DNA from: Fibrobacteria bacterium
GTDB taxonomy: Bacteria > Fibrobacterota > Fibrobacteria > UBA11236
Assembly (NCBI GenBank): GCA_039917895.1
Contig: JBDSIO010000409.1
Coordinates: 1 to 56,025 of the forward strand
Direction: 5' to 3'
DNA length: 56,025 nucleotides
In this document: piece after piece, positions 43,127 to 51,584 of the stretch
Layout of the letters: each line of letters starts with the position of its first letter
How positions within the stretch are numbered: the stretch's first letter is position 1
Program-made: the position numbers and the translations under genes
Notes under the pieces: generated by a model
Told to the model about the DNA's origin: nothing
Seen by the model: only the letters and a program-made list of their open reading frames with translations
Databases searched by the model: none

Positions 43127-43671
43127 GGGAACTCCGGGGGAATCACCCATGAATCGTCTTTCCAATCCGTTTTTGGCAATTTCCGTTCTTGTCGTCCTTA
43201 GCGCCGATACCCTTTCCCAGGCTCTGGAAATGGACGGGCATGATGTGCTGCTCTCCTTGCCCTATGCCGCCAAGGCGGCCCTCCCCTTGGTCCTTCTTCC
43301 CGGCGCCTTGGAACAACCCGAAGAAGCCTTCCCCGTCGAAGGCCTGTTATTGGCCACCATGACCCTGCCTAACACCATGGCCCTGGCCAATGTCTATACC
43401 GGAGACGCCGAAGGCGCGCAGCGCTGGAGGAAAGCCGTATTCTGGTGCGATATGGGTTTGGCCGTTACGGCGGCGGGCCTGGGCGCTTACCTGCTCTCTT
43501 CGCCCTGGACCGGTCCGGGATCCGAGGACCGCCGGAACGATCGGGCCGTAGCGGGGGGCTTCCTCTTAGGCGCCTATGCGCTCCCCCTATTCGGATCCGC
43601 CTATCTGGATCGTAAGGCCTTTCATATGGAGGACGCGTCCCACCTCGCGCCCGACTTCAGCGTGGGCCTCG
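43127..43671. repeat. Copy 2 of the dispersed direct repeat (partner 39921-40368)
   Basis: See copy 1. This copy lies within an intact gene. Confidence 0.85.
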
Positions 43672-44192
43672 CACCCGCGGGGAAAGGCCATGCCATGCTC
43701 GCGACTTCGGACTGGTTGCTTTCATCCCCTTACGCCCTCAAGGCCATCGTCCCTCTGCTCCTTCTTCCCGCGGCCATCATGGATCCGGATGGACTGCCCG
43801 TCGTGGCGGCTTTGATGGCCGGAGTCTCCTTTCCCAATTCCATGGTATTGCATCGCTTAACCGATCATGATCCCGCCGGAACCCGGAAATGGAGGAAAAT
43901 CGCGTTCCGATGCGAGCTGGGTATGGCAGCCGCCCTAGCCGCATACGGCACTTATCTCATCGTATCAAGCAAGTTGCGGACTCGGGGTCCCGGCCTGGGC
44001 TGGGACGCTTTCGCCGGATCAGTCATCATCGTTTTGGGCGCCATACCCTTGGCCGCCTTGAGCCTCATCGATCTGGCTCCCTTCAAGTTGGAGGACTATC
44101 CGGCCCATTTCACCCTGGGCTTGAAAATCCCGCCGCCGGGTTCGGTCTCGTATGTACCCGGCCTTGCCGTGGGTCTGCGCCTGTCCATCTGA
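43149..44192 (+). CDS. Polytopic membrane protein built from two homologous halves, unknown family
   Basis: Half 1 reads LSLPYAAKAALPLVLLPGA...RWRKAVFWCDMGLAVTAAGLGAYLL. Half 2 reads LSSPYALKAIVPLLLLPAA...KWRKIAFRCELGMAAALAAYGTYLI. Confidence 0.65.
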   Translation: MNRLSNPFLAISVLVVLSADTLSQALEMDGHDVLLSLPYAAKAALPLVLLPGALEQPEEAFPVEGLLLATMTLPNTMALANVYTGDAEGAQRWRKAVFWCDMGLAVTAAGLGAYLLSSPWTGPGSEDRRNDRAVAGGFLLGAYALPLFGSAYLDRKAFHMEDASHLAPDFSVGLAPAGKGHAMLATSDWLLSSPYALKAIVPLLLLPAAIMDPDGLPVVAALMAGVSFPNSMVLHRLTDHDPAGTRKWRKIAFRCELGMAAALAAYGTYLIVSSKLRTRGPGLGWDAFAGSVIIVLGAIPLAALSLIDLAPFKLEDYPAHFTLGLKIPPPGSVSYVPGLAVGLRLSI

Positions 44193-44366
44193 ATCTGTCC
44201 CAGCGACCGGCCTCGTTCTCGGCACGCCGGTTCCATATGATCCTAATTCGTATATCCAGGTGTACAAGTACGGTTACATCACGCTCGAAACGATTTAAGC
44301 ACGGATTAAGCCCAAGGCGGCCGGCTCAAGAGCGAGTCGGCTGCGTAGACGTGGCGAGGGGAAGCG

Positions 44367-44402
44367 CTAAACGCTTCTCCTTCTCTAAACGCTTCTCCTT
44401 CT
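44367..44402. repeat. 18-bp perfect tandem duplication (ctaaacgcttctccttct x2) in a convergent intergenic region
   Basis: Read directly from the sequence. It overlaps a short hairpin, gaagcg-ctaaa-cgcttc. Confidence 0.8.
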
Positions 44403-44423
44403 CTATGTCATCGATCCGTTGGG

Positions 44424-45308
44424 TCAAGGGGGCAATACTCTCCGCTGGGCATGGAGCCTTTTTCCCGGATGCATCAGGGAATAGGCTTCGGCCATATAGA
44501 GGTAGTGTCCGCCCTCCCTGGCGCCTCCGTTCCATTCCACCTGCTCCATGCCGGCTCCGGAAGTCCGTGAAGCCAGGCTGGCCAACCGCTTTCCGCTCAC
44601 CGAGTAAATCGAGACCCGAATCGAAGCCGGCTCCGAAAGCGCGAACCGCAAGATCCGCGTTCCAAGCGAACGGCTCAGGCTCATGGCATTCACCTGCGAG
44701 TTACGGGCGGGTGCGTCGATGCGAACGGGATGGGCCGGCAAGGTCATCTCCCATAATCCCAGATCGAAGAGCCCGGCATAGAGACGCCCCTCCGAAACCA
44801 GCAGGGATGTCAAGGTCTTGCTGGGCAGACTGTCTCCTTGCGCAAGCCAGGGGGTGCTGGACGCGGACGGGAAGAAGATTCCGTCCAAGGATGCGGCCGC
44901 GAGAAACTCGCCTTCTCCGCTCACCAGGCTTATAGCCCCGGCCCCCGGCGCGTCCCGCTTTTGCCAGGTAGCGCCCTTGTCCGCGGATACCCATAAGGAA
45001 CCGTCCGGGGAAAGGCGGAGAGAGTCCCCTGCCAGGGGGATGATGTTAAAGAAGTATAGATTGGTCGGCGAAGCCGCCGGCGTCCAGGTTCGACCCGAGT
45101 CCGAGGAGCGCATCAAGTCCGGACCGATGGCCTGGAACCGGACGGATCCGATGCGGGCCTGACACCGCCATACTTCGAGGGCGGAATTGATCCGCCAGGA
45201 CGCGCCTCCATTCTCTGATACATTGAGCCTGGCCCCCCCATCGGGTCCCGGGCCAGGATATCCACGGGCGGGGACGGGAGAAGCCGCCATTCCGCCTTGG
45301 CTTGGCAT
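44424..45308 (-). CDS. BNR/Ycf48-like repeat protein with a T9SS-type CTD; no signal peptide visible, so possibly N-terminally truncated
   Basis: SxDxGxTW-type repeats (SENGGASW, SDSGRTW, ADKGATW). The CTD-like tail reads LRFALSEPASIRVSIYSVSGKRL...GGHYLYMAEA. The track ORF N-terminus overlaps the upstream gene. Confidence 0.5.
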   Translation of the reverse strand: MPSQGGMAASPVPARGYPGPGPDGGARLNVSENGGASWRINSALEVWRCQARIGSVRFQAIGPDLMRSSDSGRTWTPAASPTNLYFFNIIPLAGDSLRLSPDGSLWVSADKGATWQKRDAPGAGAISLVSGEGEFLAAASLDGIFFPSASSTPWLAQGDSLPSKTLTSLLVSEGRLYAGLFDLGLWEMTLPAHPVRIDAPARNSQVNAMSLSRSLGTRILRFALSEPASIRVSIYSVSGKRLASLASRTSGAGMEQVEWNGGAREGGHYLYMAEAYSLMHPGKRLHAQRRVLPP

Positions 45309-45336
45309 AACAGCAGTCCTATAAGGCTCGCAAGGG

Positions 45337-47136
45337 CTATGGGGACTCCAGCGCAGAAAGGTTCTCCCTGGGATGGCCATAGGCGGAGTCCAGGGCCAGG
45401 GATTTTAGGTAATACCTGCGAGCCAGATCGGCATTCCCGTTGGCCTGCTCAACCATGCCCAGGTAATTCCAGGCTTTGGGCTGGTCCGGATCGAGTTCCA
45501 GCGTGCGCTCCAGGAAGGGCTTGGCCTGGAGGCCTTTCTTCATCTGCAAGAAAGTCCATCCCAGTCCGTACTGGTATGCCGGATTATCCGGAGCCTGTGC
45601 CGCCAGGAACCGGTATTCCGCCTCCGCTTTTTCGTACTGCCGGGTGCGCAGGTAGAGCCCTGCTAGATCCGCCCGCACGGTCTCGTCCCCTGGAAGGGCG
45701 GCCTTGGCTTTTTCAAAATGGAGGATGGCTCCATCCGCATCGTCGGAATCCGCTTTCAACCTGGCGATCAGCAGATGGGCGAATTTGTAGTTGGTATCGT
45801 TACGTATGGAACGTTCGTAATAGATAACCGCCGAATCCGCCTTACCTGCGGACCGCAGGCTCGAGGCTTTCATGAAATTCGCGTAACCGCTGGCGGGGAC
45901 GAGATCCGCCAGGTTTGCGGACATGGACCCCTCCCGTGTCCCATTCCAATGGAAATATTCCGAAGCGCCCAGGCAACCGATGGCGACGGAGAAGAAAGCC
46001 ACGAGAACCCAATGCCTGGCGTCCCGGCGGGCGCCATAGGAATCCGCAGCCTGCAGGCCCGGGCCCAGGCCAGTCGGCGCATCCGGTTGCAGGCCCAGAT
46101 CGGCCCGCACCTTCCCGTCGCGGATCTTCCAGATGAATCCGTCCAGGTAGAAGTGGATCAAGGCGGAGGCGGTGAAGACGTTGCCGGCCTGGTACAGGAG
46201 ATTCCGGTAGGTTTCCATGTTTTCGTAGGTATTCAGGACGTCCTGGGTCAAAAGTCCCACGCTGCCGTAGGCGGCGATGCATAAGGCGTAGAGGCCCAGC
46301 CTTTTCCAGTCGGCCTGGAACAGGAAGCGCTCTATTCCGCTCTCGGAGAGGCCCCGGCGGACGCGGCTGTGGTTGTAATTCCAGACGAAGACGTTGTACT
46401 GCAGGTCGTGGAAGACTTCCCACAGGATAAGGCCGAGGATGAGTTGGTCCACCCCTATCAGGCAATAGGCCCAGAATCCGATGCCGGAAGCCATGCAAAG
46501 CAGTTTCGGAAGATTCAAGTATCCGCGACGGAACCTGTTGTAGGCCAGTTGCCCCCCATAGGCGACGGTCACCGCGGCCGTCAGGACCCACCAACCTTTC
46601 TCGAAGGCCTGGGCCCAGGCGACCGGAATCAGGGGACCGCCGGACAGGTAGAAGATGCTGAGTACCGATGCCAGCTTGGCGGGCGACCAAAGTATCACCT
46701 GGACGAACCAGGTCAGGCACATCCAGAAATCGAGCCTGGCGGTGGACGCCGAAATGAACTTCGCCTTGGCGTCGTATATCCTGAGGAAACCGAAAACCTG
46801 CATGCTGCCGTGCCAGGCGCTCCAGGCAACGAGCACGTAGAATATCAGGCTGAGCTTGAAATACGCGGCCGCGATGGCGAACAAGATGATCAGGGAAGGG
46901 ACCAGGATGAGCCTGGGTTTGAAGTTCAGGAATACCTTCCTGTCCGTATAGGCGCGGATGAAACCTGGCAGATGATGGCCGGTGGCGCTGACGGACAGGA
47001 CCCCGAGCTTCAGCAGGTTCATGGAAAGGTAACCGGAAAGAAAATGGAAGGCCGGCAGGATGAGCAGGGGGGCCGCGAGGAAGAACGAGAAGTCCATGAA
47101 CGGATTGATGATCCAGGAAATCTTGAGGGTCTTCAC
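45337..47136 (-). CDS. Polytopic membrane protein with conserved His motifs fused to C-terminal TPR repeats, unknown family
   Basis: About 380 aa are hydrophobic, with GHHLPGFIRAYTD, AWHGSMQVFGFLRIYDAKA, FHDLQYN and HFYLDGFIW. TPR repeats follow (...AIYYERSIRNDTNY...). It is a paralogue of 54283..>56025. Confidence 0.75.
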   Translation of the reverse strand: MKTLKISWIINPFMDFSFFLAAPLLILPAFHFLSGYLSMNLLKLGVLSVSATGHHLPGFIRAYTDRKVFLNFKPRLILVPSLIILFAIAAAYFKLSLIFYVLVAWSAWHGSMQVFGFLRIYDAKAKFISASTARLDFWMCLTWFVQVILWSPAKLASVLSIFYLSGGPLIPVAWAQAFEKGWWVLTAAVTVAYGGQLAYNRFRRGYLNLPKLLCMASGIGFWAYCLIGVDQLILGLILWEVFHDLQYNVFVWNYNHSRVRRGLSESGIERFLFQADWKRLGLYALCIAAYGSVGLLTQDVLNTYENMETYRNLLYQAGNVFTASALIHFYLDGFIWKIRDGKVRADLGLQPDAPTGLGPGLQAADSYGARRDARHWVLVAFFSVAIGCLGASEYFHWNGTREGSMSANLADLVPASGYANFMKASSLRSAGKADSAVIYYERSIRNDTNYKFAHLLIARLKADSDDADGAILHFEKAKAALPGDETVRADLAGLYLRTRQYEKAEAEYRFLAAQAPDNPAYQYGLGWTFLQMKKGLQAKPFLERTLELDPDQPKAWNYLGMVEQANGNADLARRYYLKSLALDSAYGHPRENLSALESP

Positions 47137-47332
47137 GGGGCTTCACCCCGGCCAGGCATGATCATAGGCTAATCTATCCCCGACCCGCGTGAAGGGGTGA
47201 ACTCCATTTTCTGCCTTAGGCGGTCAGAAATACAAGATAAACGGAAATAACCAAACCGCACTCCGCCCGACCTCCAGGTTTTAAATTTTGTCGTACCTTT
47301 GTCGGAATTGCGGGATTTTTGGCCTTTGAGAA

Positions 47333-48574
47333 ATGGCTGGAGGGGAAAGTTTGAGAACGCTTAACCATCTGATTATCCCCGCTCTATTGCTGGCTTCCGC
47401 GGCCCAGGGCCTGGAATTGGGGATAGAGGATATCAAGGTATCCGGCTACGTGGATGAAGGCCGTTTCCAGCTCAAGGATCCGGAAGTCGACGGCGAGCTG
47501 GTGAGCCGCATGGGCGCCAAATGGCGCATCGAAAAGGCGTTCAACGAGAACTGGTCCTTGTTGGCCAAGCCCCATTGGATGTTCTGGCGCAACCAGGCTA
47601 CCGATAGAGGGCTCTTCCATATAGCCGGCATCAAATTCGACGCCGACCTGCAGGGAGCCATCCTGTATAAGTCGGGATTCCACCGGGCAAAAGCGGGACT
47701 CTACGAGTTCAAGTACAATCCGGATTCAAAGAACCTCGGCGAATACCTGCTGCGCAGCGGCGCCTATCCCACCATCCTCGAAAGCGCCCAGGGCAAGGAC
47801 ATGATGGGCTTGTCCAATACCAAGGTGATGGGAACGGAATACGGGCAGGACTTCAGGCTCTTCCGGCATACCGCCTTGCTGTATCTCGAGCAGATCAACG
47901 TCCCGGTGAACGACCTGAGCGCCGCCTACCTTGCGGCCGTGGGCCCGGAACGGGCGGAAGCCGAGCTAGGGGTTTCCTTTTACCGGTTCTTCAAAACGGG
48001 CACGCCCATGAAGGACGATCTCGTGCCCCAACAGATGCAGGACTATATCCGCGACCAAGGCCTCACCACCAAGGCGTTGAAATTCAGCCTCCGCGCCAGG
48101 ATGGACATCTCCGCCTTCCTGGAAATGGAAAGCCCTTGCAAAATCTACGGGGAAGCGGCTCTGTTGGGCTTGAAGAACGACACCCTTTTCTACCGGAAAA
48201 CCATCCAGCGCGTACCCGTCATGATGGGGGCGGAGATTCCCACCTTCGGGATCCTGAACGCCTTTTCCGTCGAGGCGGAGTATTTTCAAAACCCCTACCT
48301 GGACAAGAAATATCCCATGCAGGACGCCACGGGAAGCAAGTTCTCGCCCTTGCCGTATATCCCCAGCTATTCCGACGTGCCCAATTTCACCCAGGACGAT
48401 TGGAAATGGAGCGTTTACCTGCACCGGGCCTTGAACCGCTGGATCGACCTCAAGGTGCGCATAGCGAGCGATCATCTCCGCCTCCTGGATTGGGAGTCCG
48501 ATTACCGTCCCGCGCCCCTTACCCAAAGGGCCCAGGACTGGTATCTGCTGGCCAGGATCGAATACCATAACTGA
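47333..48574 (+). CDS. Putative outer-membrane beta-barrel protein, unknown family
   Basis: Signal peptide ...LLLASAAQG. The composition is beta-rich and the protein ends WYLLARIEYHN. It is a paralogue of the next gene. Confidence 0.6.
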   Translation: MAGGESLRTLNHLIIPALLLASAAQGLELGIEDIKVSGYVDEGRFQLKDPEVDGELVSRMGAKWRIEKAFNENWSLLAKPHWMFWRNQATDRGLFHIAGIKFDADLQGAILYKSGFHRAKAGLYEFKYNPDSKNLGEYLLRSGAYPTILESAQGKDMMGLSNTKVMGTEYGQDFRLFRHTALLYLEQINVPVNDLSAAYLAAVGPERAEAELGVSFYRFFKTGTPMKDDLVPQQMQDYIRDQGLTTKALKFSLRARMDISAFLEMESPCKIYGEAALLGLKNDTLFYRKTIQRVPVMMGAEIPTFGILNAFSVEAEYFQNPYLDKKYPMQDATGSKFSPLPYIPSYSDVPNFTQDDWKWSVYLHRALNRWIDLKVRIASDHLRLLDWESDYRPAPLTQRAQDWYLLARIEYHN

Positions 48575-48627
48575 TGGACAGTCCCCTCCGCGAATTCGCA
48601 AACCGCCTAAATGGAAAGAGTCGGATC

Positions 48628-50022
48628 ATGAATAATCGGGTCATCGCCTTTGGGTTGTTTGCCCTGGCCGTCGCATTCGGGGAAGGGAAGAGGGACCTCA
48701 GCCTGTTTACCGCCATCGATTTCGGCCGGTTGGAGAACGGGTATGACATGATCAAGAAGTACGATCCTTCCGGATTGGCCTTGAACCGCACCTATGTAAA
48801 CGTGGGGTTCAACGAGGAGCTGGAAGGCAACTACCTGCTCAGCGTTGGCGTAGGCGGGATCTTCTGGAAGGCGTTCGAAGGGGATGGCGGTGGCCCCGCG
48901 GACAAGGTGATCAAATTCGGCCCGGGCATTTCCAATGCCTTCATGAAATGGTCTCCCAGCGAGCAGTGGAACCTTACCTTCGGATATTTCCCCTACCGGT
49001 ACAACGAGGCCGCGAGGAACCTGGGGGAATACCTTTTCCGGTCCGAAGCCTATCCCACCATCATCTATACCGGTGGATGGAGCTGGATGAACGACATCGG
49101 CTACAATACGGTAGGCGCCAAGCTGACCTGGAACCTGGCGGAGGGGAGGTTCAGGCAGGACCTTGGGCTTTTCGGCGAGTATTTCAATTCCCCCATCTAT
49201 GACATCACGCCCGCCTATATCGCAACCTTTAAACCGATAAAAGGACTCACCTACGGCGGCGCGGTTTCCCTGCACCGGTTCATTTCGCCCACCCCCAAGG
49301 TCAAGCAGGAGCTTACGAAATCCTATGTCTACTACGAGAACTTCTATTTCCCGGCCGTGGCCGCAGACTCGGCCGTCGGCGTCACGGGGAGCCCGGAACA
49401 GCGGGTCACCATGCTGAAGTCCGACATCGACTTGAAGATCGGCCAACTGGGCGGGGATTCCGCCACCTATTACGGCAACGCGAACAATGCGGGCAAGCGT
49501 CCCCAAACGGTCGCCTTCGACCTTGCCGCGGTGATGGCCATGGCCTTCTTCGAATTGGATTTCAACGGGCTGCTCGGCCTGGATGAGAGCGCCCTGGGCA
49601 AATTCAACCTCTACGGAGAGGTAGCCCAACTGGGGTTCAAGAACTACCCTATTTTCTACACCGATATGGCCCAAAGAAGGCCGGTGATGCTAGGCGCCAG
49701 CCTCCCGACCTTCGGGCTCTTGAAGCATCTGTCTTTCGAATTGGAATACCTCCAGAATCCCAATATCGAAAGCATCGCCAGCACCTATGACAAGCTGGAT
49801 TTGCCTCCCGACGAGAATTTCCGGTATCGGGTGTTTACCCGGGACGACTATAAATGGTCGATCAACGCGGCGCGGAGCTTTTCCGAATTCCTTTCCATCC
49901 ATGTCCAGGTGGCCAATGACCATATCCGGCTCAAGGACGGGTTTGCGAGGCCCCAATACATCCCGGTTACCCAGGAGCCCGGGCATTGGTATTGGTTGAC
50001 CCGCATCCAGTGGATGATCTGA
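48628..50022 (+). CDS. Putative outer-membrane beta-barrel protein, paralogue of 47333..48574
   Basis: MNNRVIAFGLFALAVAFG is a signal peptide. The track start 48574 overlaps the upstream stop and remains possible. Shared blocks: YL(L/F)RS.AYPTI, R.PVM.GA..PTFG.L, DD(W/Y)KWS, A(S/N)DH(L/I)RL, and the ending WYWLTRIQWMI. Confidence 0.6.
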   Translation: MNNRVIAFGLFALAVAFGEGKRDLSLFTAIDFGRLENGYDMIKKYDPSGLALNRTYVNVGFNEELEGNYLLSVGVGGIFWKAFEGDGGGPADKVIKFGPGISNAFMKWSPSEQWNLTFGYFPYRYNEAARNLGEYLFRSEAYPTIIYTGGWSWMNDIGYNTVGAKLTWNLAEGRFRQDLGLFGEYFNSPIYDITPAYIATFKPIKGLTYGGAVSLHRFISPTPKVKQELTKSYVYYENFYFPAVAADSAVGVTGSPEQRVTMLKSDIDLKIGQLGGDSATYYGNANNAGKRPQTVAFDLAAVMAMAFFELDFNGLLGLDESALGKFNLYGEVAQLGFKNYPIFYTDMAQRRPVMLGASLPTFGLLKHLSFELEYLQNPNIESIASTYDKLDLPPDENFRYRVFTRDDYKWSINAARSFSEFLSIHVQVANDHIRLKDGFARPQYIPVTQEPGHWYWLTRIQWMI

Positions 50023-50050
50023 GTTTCCTTCCGATTTTCCGGGGAGGAAT

Positions 50051-50080
50051 GGAAATCGGCGAAAATCGGCGAAAATCGGC
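50051..50080. repeat. 10-bp tandem repeat x3 (ggaaatcggc gaaaatcggc gaaaatcggc)
   Basis: Read directly from the sequence. It is intergenic, just after the OMP gene stop, and is preceded by the imperfect inverted repeat ccgattttcc...ggaaatcgg. Confidence 0.8.
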
Positions 50081-50218
50081 GAGAGGCGCGCATACCGAAA
50101 TATCGCGCGGTAAATTCCGGACCCCCGCCTTAACTTTCCCCTACTGACAGCGTCTTTTTTCATCCTGATTGCGGGCGCCTGCACCTTAAATGCCATCTAA
50201 CCGGAGAACGGGTCAAGT

Positions 50219-51574
50219 ATGAAGATGTTGATGGATTGGAGCATGAGAACGGTCGGAATTTTCCTGCTGTCGGCCGCCAGCGCCTATTCCCAAGGGGCTA
50301 TGCGCAAGCCGGCGGCAAGGGAGCATGTGAAGAAGCTGGAGGACGGCTCCTTCGCGAAGTTCACCTCCAAGCTGACGACGGTCGTGGAGCTGAATTTCAC
50401 CATGAACAACGGCCACCAACCGGGCAAGAAGGTCATCACGGATGCCTTGACCCGCATCGCGACCAATTACGGCGGCATCAAGGTGAACAAGTTCGCCACG
50501 GCTTCGGACGGCTCGGTCAAGGGAACCGTCCCGGAATTCACCGTGACGGATCTCATGGCCGGAGAAGTCATCGTCTCCAACAACATCAGCTCCATCGGCA
50601 GCACCGCCATCGGAACGGCCAAGCATTCCGCCATCCAGACCACAATCGAAACCAACGGACGCGGTTACCTCGCCTTCCACGGATCGGGCGACGAGGGGAC
50701 CAACAGTTGGCCTTGGTATACCAGCACCCTGCATCCCATGAGCTACAAGGGCCATGAAAACAGGTCGGCCGCCCCGGTCTACAAGCATCCGGACATGGCG
50801 AACCATGTCATCCTCGACAGCATCCTGACGGCCAAGACGGTCCCGCTCGCCGTTCCGAACGGAGTCAATGCCTCCGGCGCCGAAGTGATTACCCCCAGCC
50901 CGGTGCCCACGCGCGCGATGAAGAACGAATGGTACCGTTTCGGACGGGATATCTCCACGGACGCGGCCTTCAAGGACAAGGTGACCGTCCTTTTGAAGTA
51001 TGATCCCCGCGCGCTCGGCGCCAACGACCTCGACGCGGAGTACAAGCGCAAGGGCGGGAACATGTACACCTACATCCTGCAAGTAGGCAAGGGCCTCACT
51101 TCCTATATCCCGGCCGGCCATGAGAACGACGAGCTCCTCGACCCCAATACCGGGTTCGACGGCGGCGCGGGCGACTTCGATCGCTATGTGGCGCAGTCCC
51201 TGTTCTTCCTGGCCGGTTACAACCAGGTTCCCTGCGACGCTTCGTGCAATGGCCTTCCCATCCTCGACGCAAACAACCTGCTGACCGGTGAGAAATATTC
51301 GGGATCGAATTCCGTCGGAAGGGCCGTGGCCATTAATCCGGAACTCGCTTTTAATGCCGGGACCCTCGGTTTTTCGTCCACTTTCGAAGGGAAATTCGAG
51401 GCCCGGGTGACCGACTTACAAGGCCGTTTGATTTTCCGGAAAAGCGGAGTGGGTAGGGTCAATCATGAGTTCGACACGTCCGTGCTCAAGCGGGGCGTCT
51501 ATTTCCTCAGCGTCCGCATCGGAAAGGCCCAGGCCAAAGTCAGGCGCTACGCCCTATTTTCCTCTGCCCATTGA
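50219..51574 (+). CDS. Secreted ThuA-like domain protein with a T9SS-type CTD
   Basis: Signal peptide. GYLAFHGSGDEGTNSWPWYTS, NEWYRFGRD and YIPAGHEND resemble ThuA-family blocks. The CTD-like tail reads FEARVTDLQGRLIF...RGVYFLSVRIGKAQAKV. Confidence 0.6.
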   Translation: MKMLMDWSMRTVGIFLLSAASAYSQGAMRKPAAREHVKKLEDGSFAKFTSKLTTVVELNFTMNNGHQPGKKVITDALTRIATNYGGIKVNKFATASDGSVKGTVPEFTVTDLMAGEVIVSNNISSIGSTAIGTAKHSAIQTTIETNGRGYLAFHGSGDEGTNSWPWYTSTLHPMSYKGHENRSAAPVYKHPDMANHVILDSILTAKTVPLAVPNGVNASGAEVITPSPVPTRAMKNEWYRFGRDISTDAAFKDKVTVLLKYDPRALGANDLDAEYKRKGGNMYTYILQVGKGLTSYIPAGHENDELLDPNTGFDGGAGDFDRYVAQSLFFLAGYNQVPCDASCNGLPILDANNLLTGEKYSGSNSVGRAVAINPELAFNAGTLGFSSTFEGKFEARVTDLQGRLIFRKSGVGRVNHEFDTSVLKRGVYFLSVRIGKAQAKVRRYALFSSAH

Positions 51575-51584
51575 TCGGAGTAAC

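Noticed and set aside
45842-47146. 434-aa ORF on the same strand but in another frame of the His-motif membrane/TPR gene
   Set aside because: Its product is Arg/Pro/Gly-rich. The 45337..47136 frame gives hydrophobic helices and TPRs and has a paralogue in the window.
50213-51121. 302-aa minus-strand ORF over the ThuA-like gene, with similar shadows at 51597..52172 and 52191..52823
   Set aside because: They are antisense to CDSs that have signal peptides, family motifs and CTD tails. I recognise no motifs in them.
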